A stretch of DNA of 64,000 nt. Origin: Amoebophrya sp. A120. Its lineage: Eukaryota; Protista; Dinoflagellata. The stretch spans positions 1,687,102 through 1,751,101 of the forward strand of contig CAJINV010000016.1 in NCBI GenBank assembly GCA_905178155.1, written 5' to 3'. Under the pieces are notes generated by a model. The model was not told where the DNA came from. It was given only the letters and a program-made list of their open reading frames with translations, and did not search any database. Every line of letters begins with the position of its first letter. The stretch's first letter is position 1. Below are positions 40,601 through 52,700 of the stretch, piece after piece. The position numbers and the translations under genes were made by a program.

Positions 40601-42819
40601 ACTACCGGCTGGCTTGGCGCAAGCAAAAACCCGAGATGCTCCTCGATGGTTTCCAATTCTTTGTTTTTGATCAGCAGCTTCGCGCTCGGCTCCGATTCGT
40701 TAATCTCCTGCTCCTTCCTTTGTTCGCCAATAAGGTAAAGGCTGTAGTACTTCAGAAACACTCCTTTCGCCGTCAATCTCGACTGCGGCTTTACGTTCGC
40801 GAGCAGGCTGTGCGCGCGCTGGTACTGCCGGAGTTCGAAGTGGGAACGCGCAACCGTCAGCGTGCGCTGGATTCTTCTTTCGTCTTCGGGTCGGTGCATC
40901 TTCACGTTGGGGCCGCGTTTGCAGGACGAGGAGGAATTATTTCCAAAACGATCCCCCTGTCCGGCATTGTTTCCAAAACCGTTCGGCGGATCGACACGAG
41001 AACTCGAACTGCTACCCCCAAAGCCTCCCCCCGCGGCAGATGGTGGTCCTCCGGCGGCCCACAAGAAGGAGGCAGAACTGCAGTTCTCCTCCCCCCCTGC
41101 CGCCTCCACTGCGCCCTGCTCGACGGACGCCGCGAGCTCCGCAGCCCACTGCGCCGCGCGGTAGAGCCCGCGGTCCCGCAGCTCCTCCACTGCGGCATCG
41201 AGTTCCGCGAGGATTTGCGACGCGGGCGGTAGGCTGTTGGCGATCAAAGGTTCCTGGCTGGTTTCCTCATTTTCGACACTGGACATCATGCCCGCGCAAT
41301 GGTCGTGCATTCCGCTTGTCGACCCCCGGCGCATTTGTTCCACTTGCACGTCCATGTCTGCGGAGCATATCCTATGTAAAAGCGTCCCGCCCACCCCGTA
41401 GTCCAGAAGATGTGGAATCGGCTAGACAAGTCCACAAGTTTTGGCTGTTTTGCATGACAAATTTGGACTCGCAGTGTAGTGCTATTTGAGGTAATTCAGC
41501 AGCATGACAGATCTAGTATATCATGCTGAAGCTGATTGGCGCATTATAAAATCCAAAACAGGACTGGAAAATGCTTCTCATGGGGCTCCGCATGACAAAC
41601 ATTTTGAGCATGCAGATTTGCATGACAACTCTGGGGTGGGGACGTTTTTCCACAGGATAAAGCAGTCCTGTTGCTCTTCGAAAGACATCATGTCGTTATC
41701 CAGGTGATCCTCGTCGTCTTGGAACACCGAATTTGAGTTCTTGTTGTGCATATTAAGCAATCCCGAAGATGAAGATGACCCGCCCGCGAACTTCTGGTCG
41801 TCTCTACTATTTCCAGCTGCAAGTCGCAGCCGTTCCTCTGAATTGGACGAGTTCTGCCCGCCAAACAGGGGGGAATGGGTCCTCGGGTAGTTGTTGTTTC
41901 TGTAGTTTCTGTTGCCAGTTCCACTTGTACCGGGGTCGGCCGTGCCATTATTGTTTCTGGAAAACATATTACCCGCGTTTGATGTAGTTCCATTTGTATT
42001 TTTCCCTGCTCCAAAGGCGGGAGCTGCCCCGGGCCCGCTGGTTACAACTATCGACGTTGGTCCAGAGGTTGCACCACCCTGCTGCAGCCCTCGCGAGGCG
42101 GAGGACGGCGGTGGTCCACCTCGGTGCGCGGGCCCGCCTTCCGCGGCAGAGGCAGCCGACGAGCTCTGGTTGAAGGCCGGCAGCGGGGTGAAAATCTGCG
42201 CGTCTTCCACGAAACTCGGCCTCCCGGGGCCCATACAGGAGGAAGCGGTGGAGAATCGCACGTTGGTGGACGCGAGATTGCGCTGGTGGATGGTCAGCAG
42301 ATCGCCGTCATTATCGGAGGTAGGGAGGTTGTTCTGCTGGTGTGAAGGAGGTTCTTGTCCTACAGAATTCCTAGTACCGCCCGCAGGAGCCGCTGGCGGA
42401 CCACCACCATTGCCGGCAAACGAATTTCTAGTACTTGCTCCCTGGTTTAACATCAGTGTTCCCGACGTGGTCGAGCCTCCTGCTTGCAGCTGCGCAGCGG
42501 CTGCGCTCGTAGTACTGCCAGGAGGTGCGAACGATGTGCGGATCATGTGTTGAGCTGCTGCCGCGCCGGGGGCCAGACTAGTTCGCAGGTTCATTTGCTG
42601 CGTGAAATTGTTGTGTAAGAAAGATGATGATGAAGAAGAACTTGCATTGGCGGTAGGAGCACCCGGCTGCGACGAGGAAGAGGCGGCAGCGGACGTTCCC
42701 GCTGGCCCGGCTTGAAGATGTTGTCCAACATGCTCGTTAGCTGCGCCGACAGACGCTGCTCCTCCTGCTACAGGCGGGGCGCCGCCTGAAAAGGAGCTAC
42801 TAGACGGTCGTGGATCCAT
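37687..42819 (-). CDS. CDC23: Anaphase-promoting complex subunit 8 (CDC23) with a long low-complexity N-terminal extension
   Basis: [109 protein letters not shown]; four TIR inserts plus GT-AG introns. Confidence 0.93.
39028..39308. mobile_element. Introner, family B
   Basis: Repeat TCGCA; frame restored (EYDA|SLENF). Confidence 0.92.
39347..39608. mobile_element. Introner, family D (inverted relative to 7757)
   Basis: Repeat TGGCA; frame restored (SQIA|ITLYN). Confidence 0.92.
40231..40465. mobile_element. Introner, family C
   Basis: Repeat TCCCG; frame restored (QKAR|EAFAS). Confidence 0.92.
41368..41659. mobile_element. Introner, family B (inverted orientation)
   Basis: Body is the reverse complement of 441-720; repeat GAGCA/AAGCA; frame restored. 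Confidence 0.88.
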
Positions 42820-43153
42820 CTTCTTCTCCGTTTTAATGATCAAGAAAAGTGCGCATGTTTTTCTTATGGTTATGGATCTTCAACATTATGGAAATGGAAT
42901 CGTGTTGCAATATCCGCGCGTCGAAGCAGAAGACGGACAAATTCGTTCGGTATTACTTAAATTACTTTCTCCATCTGTGACATTTTTCGGATGATCATGC
43001 TGGGCACGACTTCAAAATAAATGACCACATCTGCATCCGCGCTCGTTACATAGGAGGATGGATCATAGAATGCTCCTGCTAGCTAGAGCCGGACTAATCT
43101 TTATTTGGAAGATAGATACGGCACAAGGAGCCTACCAGGCCCGCGACGACTGC

Positions 43154-43205
43154 TGAGCCACATCTAGCACGAGGACGGGTGAGCCACAGCTAGCGCGAGG
43201 ACAGG
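43154..43205. repeat. Two imperfect 26-bp tandem copies in intergenic DNA
   Basis: TGAGCCACATCTAGCACGAGGACGGG / TGAGCCACAGCTAGCGCGAGGACAGG. Confidence 0.7.
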
Positions 43206-43788
43206 CCTAATCTCAGTTTGCAAGCATGTGAGCCACCTTACTCGAAAACAACAAACGAACCGACCGCGAGCACATCACTCGGAAAAAGATCACCAAAAGC
43301 GACAATAAAGCAAGGTGAAAAGACCATCAGCTTTTAACACGTTTCACCAGAACACACACCAGATGCAGCACCTATCCATAGAGAAACATAAGGTGCTTCG
43401 TTCAAGAAAAAAAAACACGGCTGTGGTCGGGCCTTACGACGGCGCTCCTGCAGTGCACGCGGAACAGAGACAGATAACACACCACACCCACGCGTGGTCG
43501 CTCCTTGGTCGAACAGTAACTGCTGCTTCTCTAGCTGATATGGTGCTTTTTGAAATCCGTAGGGCAGTGAAACGTGAAAACTCACCTGGGCACTTGCAAC
43601 TGGTGCAGCTGTGAGCGAAAGTTCAACTCGTCTCAAATTCTACGGGCGCCATAACAATCCGGCATCAGCTTCAGGACCAGCATCTTCTCTCTCATCTGCA
43701 ACAAATAATCTGGATCTGCATTTTTTTCATGTCATCTTTCAAGCTTTTCCCGGTGCTCACCACCCTGACCCTTCCGCTTCTCCGCGTC

Positions 43789-46700
43789 CTACTTCTTCTC
43801 CTTGTCGATCAACCTGATTGCGATCGCGGAGGTGTCATCGGACCCCCCGCTGGTTGCGACGTAGTACACTTTTTTCGCGGTTTCGCACACTTGACTCGCG
43901 GACGGCAGGGTTGCGTAGAAGGACGAGTGCGTGTGCTCGTTTGTGTAGTCAAACACGCCGTCACTGCCGAGCACCAGATACCGCAGGTTCTGGGCGGAAA
44001 ACTCGAAGAAGTCGGGCTCGATACTGTGTCCCAACGTGAAGCTCATCACGTCGCCAAACCCGCGGGCCAGGTTCAGGCCCCCGCGGAGCTGCGAGTAGCT
44101 CCCGCGGGACCACAGCCGGGTTCCGTTGCCGCGAAAGGGCATGGGGCTGGGGCGCTGCTTCCACCGGGTCTTCTGCCACTCCTGTTCCCGGAAGGACGCG
44201 CGCTGCCGGGAAATGTTTGCGATGGCTCGCTCCAGGGGGGAGGGCGCAGGCAGGGAAGATGGGGATGAACTGGCGCAAGTCGTGGAGGTCTTTGTTACTG
44301 GTGTCGGGTCGCCGTTCTTGGGTGAGACGGACATCGATTTGCGAGCGGCTTCATCTGCAGCTTGTAGTGGTAGTTCATTTTCCTTGATTTGTTCTTCACT
44401 ACCACCGGCTGACTGCTGCTGAACAACGGCCCCTGTAGTTTGTAGTTGCTCTTCTACTTGTCGCGGTTCATCTGCACCTGCTCCACCTTCCACTTCCTGC
44501 GCAGCAGCTCCTTCTGTTTTCGTGTCTCCCAACGCCAATTTTTGGTTGGAGAAATGACTCGATGTTGTGCCTTTCGCAGCAGATAATTCGGTTGTATCAA
44601 GCTGCAATCCGTTCATCTTCTCGTGGTCTCTACTACTTCCAACAGCCAACGCCCTTCTTCCGTACCGGTCATCGGCGAAGAGTGCAGCCAAATCCACGAC
44701 CCCTTCCACCGATCCCGCCTTCGCCAGTGCGTTTCCTATGTAAAAACGTCCCCACCCAGTACTTGTATATGCAAATCATCTGCATGCTGAGAATGTTCCT
44801 CAAGCGCAGCCCCATGAGAGGCATTTTCTGGCGGTTTTTCGGAATGTGTAATGCTCCAATCAGCATGATGCGCTAGATCTGTGACGCTGCTGATCAAGCA
44901 AACAGGGTTGCACTACGAGGCCAGAATTGTCATGCGCAACAGCCAAAGCTGGCTGATCTGTCTAGCAGATTTCCCATCTTGACCATGGAGTGGGGACATT
45001 TTTGCGCAGGATAGTGCGGCGAAGTAATTCTTTTCAAACCAGGCGATTTCGCAGTCAATCTGGTTGCACTTCTATTGTGTGGAAAAATCCCGTCCCCCCT
45101 CCCCTCAATAAAAAATGAAGTTTATGATGCTGGATTTGCGTACACAAACCAGACTTCATCTCTTGCAAAAGGTGCTTTGCGGCATTCTCTGCGCGTGTTT
45201 GGGCACTATGCAGAAGGCTAGCAGTTACGTATGGCAAACAGGTTTGCAGTAGTCGAAAGCGCGTGACAGACTGGCGGTGGAATGCGCCACATGGCTCCCA
45301 TTACCCTATAGGCAAGACAAAGCCGATCTGTGGCCACAAATCAGCATCACAAATTTCCATTTTTATATGGAGAGTGGGGACTTTTTCATTTTGATAACTT
45401 CTCCGGCAGGTAATTCGGCCAGGACCACCCGGTTTGGTGGTACAGTTTGAAATTGTTCGCGGGGATCTGCGGATTGATGATCGCGTTGTTTCTCCGGATC
45501 CGCTTCGCCTCCCGATAGTGGTCGATCGCGTGGTCAATCGTGATCCGCTGCAGAATGCAGTACTTACTCGCGTTAGTCATTGGATCTGGATTGTTTGCGG
45601 CTCCTCCTGTGGTACTACTGTCCGACGCGTGCTTCGCCTTGACCTTAATCGGCGGGTGCGGGCTCGTGGAGAGTTTGGTGTTGTAGGTGTGCATTGCAAA
45701 TATGTCTGGATCTGGAAGGATGCAAATTTTTGTCATGCTGTTTTCCCATGACCCAGAAAGCCTGGCATGCATGGTCTAGCCTTACAGGTTTTGCTAAGCT
45801 GCGTCGAAGACGACGTCGATGCCTAATCCGCATGACAAATCGCCTATTATTTATTCGGTGACAATGACAAAGTGCGCATTAACTCTTGTTGTCTATACAT
45901 GAGAGATTTTTGTGTGTCGTGAGATGCGCATCACAAATTCCGTCTTTCCAGACCCAAACATATTTGCGGCTCATAGTAGGGCGTAGTTAACAACGTCGTG
46001 GTGATCAGATGGTTGGTGTAATGGAGCAAACATTTTTTGTACACGTCCGGCTCCTCCGCCCGGTCGTGTCTGATGTCTCCGCAGTCTGCGGTCTTCGACG
46101 TACTCCCCGGCGCGACGTCCCCCGTCGTGTAGAAGAAGGAAAAGTTGTCCGGCTCGTTGTCGCGGTAGAATTGGTGCAACTGCGCCTCGTCCGGGATAAA
46201 TCCGCCATCGTAGAAGCGTTTTTGGTTTAAACTCTGCTTTTCCGCCTGTTTCTTCTTCTCCGAGGGGTTCGGCTTGTTTTTCTTCTTCATCAGCGCTCGG
46301 CCCGTGTTGGAGGAAAACAATTTGTCGCTGTCGTTGTACATTGTATAAAGGAAGCGCCGAAAGTTGTCCGCGGAATCTTGGAAGTAACTGAAGCTCGTGC
46401 ACCTTTCGACGTAGTGCTCCGTCTATCAAATGCAAAAATGTCTGGGTCTGAAAGAGTGTAAAAACTTGTCATGCAGGTTTTCCATGACTCGTGAGGTCTG
46501 GAATGCGGGACCTAGCATGACAGAGTCTGTGAGGTCTCTCTCTCTGCCAATGCCATGCCTATCCTGCATGAGAAACTCCCTCCAAACTTGGTCGAAAGTG
46601 GAATGCTTTTGGCACTCATGCAACAGAGATTTCTGCATGATTCAGATTTTGCTTGACAAGTTGCAATCTTCCAGACCCAGACATTTTTACAATCCATACC

Positions 46701-49700
46701 GTCGTGACGGTGTCTTTTTTCCCGTCCTTGTTCACTGTCTGCGCTAGAGAATCGTGGAAGTCATCGAGCTCGGTGAGCAGAACCCGGAGCGGAGGCGGTG
46801 CCGGCGGGGCCTTCATTGTGGGGGAGGTCACGACCGGCGTGGCTGTTGTACTAGTACTACCGGAGGTGGAGTCATTCTCCGCCGCTGGTACTGGTGCTCC
46901 TGCCGTGGAAGCTCCTTTCGCATCTGCAGCCCCCGTGTGGTCTGAAGCAGAGGCGGAATCTCCGCCACCGGAAGAAGTCGAGGCCGTGGTCCCGTTGGCA
47001 ATCTCTGAAGAAATTGCTCCGGGTCGTACCCAGTGTGCGTCAGAACGGCCTGCTCGTAGTCCAGAAGCCTCTCCCATAATAGCATCCCCGTCGCCGTCGG
47101 TTGTTGCTGCTGGCCCCTTGATGTCCAAAAAGTCTTCACTCTGGTCAATTTCCATTTCGACAACAGCTGCGTTAGTATCGTCAAAAGATGTAAGTGCAGA
47201 CGAGGCGACACTTCGTTCCAGCGCTTCCGCGTCCAAAGGTGACAAAGCAGCACTTGCGTAGCTTTTCCCCCTAGATGTTGAACCCTCGTGCCTCTGCTGC
47301 GACGGCTTCCGCGGTCTCTGCCCGATCACCACCGCATTTTGGTCCACTTTTCGCTTCTTCGAGGGTGGCGGCGGAGGCGGGGCGGGCGCTCGGGCTTTCG
47401 TCTTCGGACCAGCTGCACTTGTCATCTTCCCCGACGGAACCGGCGGCGGGGCGGACTTATTTTTGCTACTTCCAGTTGCGGCACTCGAAGAAGCCGAGCT
47501 TTTGTTCTTCACTAGAAGCGTGTCGCGGTCGCCGAAGATCGCCTCCTTCTTGCTTTTTTCCAACTCTAGTCGCTCCTTGTTTTTCTCGATCCCCTCGGCC
47601 ACCTGCACAGCATTGGGTGGGGGCGGAGGCGCGGCCCGGGCGGCTCGCGGCGGAGGCGGCGGCTTGAGATCTTCAATCGGGATACTAGTAGAACCACCGC
47701 CAGTACTGTTAGTTGTGGTCCCGGTGGTCGTTGCAGCAGGAGGCGCGTGCCCTTTTCCCACATTTGATGTTCCACCGTACTTAGAAACCGATTTTCCGAA
47801 CAACACCTGGTCTGCCTTCTTTTCATCGTTTCCAGGAGAAATAATTGACGTTCGTTTCAGAGACAACGCAGAAGATGACACCACGGTAGCTCCTGCGGGA
47901 CGAGGAGGTGACACCAGCGTTTTCCTTTTCCACACAATTTTCCCGCCCTGTCGCTCCAGCAGGTCGCACTGCTTCTCCATGAGCAGGTCCCCGCGGGCAC
48001 AGAGCTTCGCGTCGTTTCCCACCGGGTGGAACGCCCCGTCCGAGTGGTAGAACGCTGGCGTTCTGCCCGGTTTTTCCGCTTTCAAATTGTACAAAACTTT
48101 CCGGTACAGACCCGGCTTGTCCGGTAAGTTCAGCGAGTACCGCAAAATCCCCGGGTCTGCTTCGAACACGGAGAGTAGCCGCGTGTTCGCGCCGCCGCAG
48201 AAGTCCAACCAGGAGGGCTGACAACCGCCGCCCTCGTAGATTTGCAACAGATTCGTCGACAACTGCTTGCTGAAAAAATTGTCTCTGCCAGCACCTCCTA
48301 TCGTGGTTGCTGCAACCATTGGCGCTGAAGAAGGGGCAGTTCCGGCAGCACCAGCCAGAGCAGTTGTGTTGCTCGGCGTATTGCTAGAAGTTGTACCATT
48401 ATTCACCTTTGTAGAACTAGTACTAGCACCGCCTACAAGCCGAACTGCTCCAGTTTTCGAGCTCGACGCCATTTTATTTGCTCGTTTAGAGGATGGATTC
48501 ATTGCACCTTGCGCACTTTGTTCCGCAGCGGCCGTGTTGTTGTTCGCAAGGGCCGCTTTCGTTTTCGGATTCACATTCGGATGAACCTGTCGCCCGTTTA
48601 AAATCGCCAGTACCACGTCCTGCCACAACCCTGACGGCCTGCTCGCGGACATGGTTTTCCCGTCGAGCGAGGGCGTTTTGGTCAGGAACACCGTCTCGTA
48701 CTCTGGGTTATCAAAACAAAGAAAGTCGTTCAATTTATCAACGTAGGAGTTGGAATCCAAATCACCTTCAAGCAGTTGTTGCCCACCCGGGAGGTTCTTC
48801 TTGTCTTTCACGTCTACTGTCGACTTCGAAGCTCCTGCTGTTCTCGCACTACTAGACGAGCCTGAAGATGATGTTCTCTTGCCCAGTGGAAAGGTTTCCA
48901 CGAGCTTCAAGAACTCCAGAAATTTCGCCCGCTGCATGTCAATCCCCAAGATGAACTTCGATAGGGGATTTCGGACCTTCACGAAGGGAAAGTAGTGGGT
49001 TTGCTCCACCGCTTTCAGGGTTTCCAATGTCAGCCCGTCGTTGTCAAGCGGGCTCTGGTGAAAGTTGTTCTCTCTGTGCGCTTCGAGGAGATTTTGCAGG
49101 ACGAAGAGCTGCGTTTCGGTCAGTTGGGACTGGCTTTCGTAACTGATCTTCAATCGGCCGCCGTTGTTCAAGTTCAGGCTGGTATTCGTAGTTTCACCGT
49201 TTTTCGTCTTTCGTGCAAGGGTTGTAATGTCTTGACGTCCACCTCCCTCCTTTTCCGACCGTACCGAATTCTCCGAGCTGGCGGGGGAAGGAGCGGATTC
49301 TCGTTGCAGCTCCTGCTCATCTGCCTTTTTATCTTCGGTTGGCATGATCATGTTGATCTTCGTCTCTTGTGGCCCTCCTCCGTCCGCTTTCCTCTTCTCC
49401 GGCACTAACAGCTCGCCTTTTTTCCCCACCAAGCACCGCGAGTTCTCCACATGGTGCCCCGCGGTTTTCACGTAGCACTGTCGCCGCGCCACGTCGTCCC
49501 CCGCCATGTAGTTACTTTCATCCGCGGCGCCACTGATGTCTTTGATCATGCACAGTGCGCTGTCCCCACTGTTCCACACCCGCACCCGGTCTTTGGTCAC
49601 GTTCCACACACCGTAGACGAACGTGCACCCGGAATGCAGGGCTTTGAGCCCCAACCGACAGATCATCCGGATATGGAAGCGTCAGGATTGAAATCGTCAA

Positions 49701-52700
49701 AGTTGAAATAATTTCTCATGCATAAACTGCAAGGCATGGAATGCCTGTCTTGCCGGGATGGCAAGTGAGGCCGACTGTCAGCCTGTTTAGGGTTTGGAAT
49801 AGAGCTGCTAAAGTAGCATGACAAAAGCCTTCTTCTGTCCCTAAACAACATGACAAACTGAATCTAGACGGTGCCGAAATTTGTCATGCACCGCTTGGAA
49901 ATTGGGCTTCCCACTGGTATCGATTTTCTGCATTACAACTTATTTCAACTCTGACGATTTCAAACCTGACGCTTCCATACCGGATCTGGATCAGGTAGAT
50001 GTCCCGCATTTTGTGCAGGTTTTCCTTGTCGGAGAAAAACGTCAGCAATTCGTTCCGGACGAACTGCGAGCACTCCCTCCCGTCGATCCCGTGACCGTCG
50101 AAGACGCCGAACTTGATGCAGTACTCGTTGTTAATGTAGCCGTAGTATGCTCTGCACAAGTATCGTACTCGTACTACTTGCAAACATGCATGACAAATTC
50201 TCTTCCTAAGGTAAAACAGCATTACAAATTGCATTTGTCGTGCTGAGCTAATTTGTAATGCAATTTGTACTACTACGATACTTTTGCAATGCATACGTAG
50301 TCGAAAAGGAGCGCGTCTTGGTTCTCCTTGCTGATAGAAAAGGAGCGCTCGCCCTTCGAGTTCTGAATCGTGTCCATGGAAGCTTGGATCTTATCTGTGA
50401 TAGAAGAAGTTCATTTGCATCTTTTTTGCAGACGGACACGGAGACGTACAGGTAAAAATGGTATGAGCAACAACTTTAACTTTATCGCAAGTCATAACTT
50501 GTCGACGGAAGACGGGACCAGCACGTGAACATCAACGTCGTGATGTCAAGGTACCAGATTCGTAGTCGAAACAATTAGAATTACAATTACAAGAACAAAC
50601 AAAACAATTAAACTCTATTAATTTATACAATCCGCCAAGACTTGTTCCAACTGCGTGGGATTTTTGCTCTTCATCGGTCTTCCCTCCCCGTCCGGTCGCA
50701 ATTCTTCAAACACCCCGACGGGCAAGTGTTTTTTCGTTGCGAAGTAGATGTCGGGCAAAATCTCTTCGAGCTTCATCCGCCGCTGCAGCGCTTCGTTCTA
50801 TCGTATTTAAAAACGTCCCCACCCCAGAGCTGTAATGCAAATCTGCATGCTCAGAATGTTTCTCATGCGGATCCCCATGAGAAGCATTTTCTAGTCGTGT
50901 TCTGCAATTTGTCATGCTCCAATCTGCGTGATGTACTAGATCTGTGATGCTGCTGATCTAGCTCAAACAGCACTACGCTAAGAGTCCAAATTTGTCATGC
51001 AAAACAGCCAAAACGTGTGGACTTGTCTAGCCGATTCCCCATCTTGACTATGGGGTGGGGATGTTTTTACTCAGAATACGTTCCCCGGCATGTTCATCAG
51101 ATCATTCCGCAGAATGATGTTGGAGCAGCAGAACTTGTGCAGAGCGGACCAGAAGTGCTCGTCAAAGTAATTGTTGAAAAAGGTGTCCGGCAGATCCTTA
51201 AAGGCAAAGAACCCATTCGACATGGCGAACACGAAATAATCGCGCAGAATCATCGACAACTTTTCCAAATAGTCGACGCGCGCGGTGAGCCAGCTGCAAC
51301 TGAAGAACAAAATATCCGCAGCGGCGTGGACGTCGTCCCGCGGCGGAAGCTCGAGGACTTTGCTGTCCAGCCGCCGGATCTCCAGCTCGTACCACCGCGT
51401 TTCCAACCGGTAGGCGGTGAGTTTCGTGATGTAGTTGAGAATCCTCAGACTGTCGTGGTCTAGGGTGTAATTCGCGAAAAACTTGCAACAGGTCACCAGG
51501 AACTTCCAGCTGGTGTGGAGCAGTTGCGCGTTTAAGTCGGGGAGTTTTCCCGTTTTGTCATCGACGTCGGAAATGTCGTCGTAGATATGCTCGTCGAAGG
51601 CTTCTTCAACATTATCAAATGCAAAAATGTCTGGGTCTGGAAGAATCTAACTTGTCATGCTAAATCTAAATCATTCAAAAATCTGTGTTGCATGATTACC
51701 AAAAGCTGTCCACTTTTGACCTAGTCGAGAGGCAGTTTCTCATGCAGGATAGGCATGATAGAACTCTCACAGAATCTGTCATGCTATGTCCTACATACCA
51801 GACCTCATGGGTCATGGAAAACCTGCATGACAAGTCTGCATTCTTCCAGACCCAGACATTTTTACATTTGATAAACATCTGTGAGAAACAACTCACTTTC
51901 CGCGTTGAGGTTCCGCGTTCGAGCGGCAAAAGCCGAGGCGTTGTTCTCGGGCAAGGCTGCTTTCGGAAGCGGTTTGTTCCTGGCATCCAGAAGCGAGTCT
52001 AGAACCTTCGTCGGCCAGGAAGACGTCCGGGGGCTGGTGGGTTTCGTAGTCGCAGTGCTGGCGCCAGGGTTGCAGGAGCCCCCAGGGGTAGTGGTCGCTT
52101 TGCTATTCGAAGGTCTTCTTGCTGTTTGTTCTGCAGTGCTGCCCGAGGTGGCATTTTTTAACTGATGTTCTGTCGCCACACTACCACCACCAGCTGTCAT
52201 CAGCTCCGCGTTGTGGTATTTTTCCTCGTCCAGCGATTCGATGTTCACTTCCACAAACACCTTCACGCGCCGCATTTCCCGCATCAGTTTCTTTTGCGTC
52301 TTGATTGCGTGGGGGAGGGTGAACCCCACTTCGGCCCGCAACAGCCGCGTCAGCCGCTTGTCACACTCAACCCCGGTCGTGTGCAACTCGTGCGGCGCGC
52401 GGAGGACGGCGGCGTGGGGATGTCATGCATCGCAAAAGTATCGCACTCGTTGTACTAATCGCAATCATGCAAGACAAATCGCCTTCCCAAGCTAAATCAG
52501 CATGGCAAATTCCATTTGTCATGCTGCGCCAATTTGTATTGCGCTTACTACTAGAAGTACAAGTACGATACTTCTGCATTGCATAGCTGGGCGAACTTGT
52601 GGACGTAAACATCCATGATTTCGATCAAAATCTCCTCCATGAAAAACGTGTCCGTGCGCAAAACCGGAATGGGGTACCCCTCGACAAAGTAGTTGCTCTT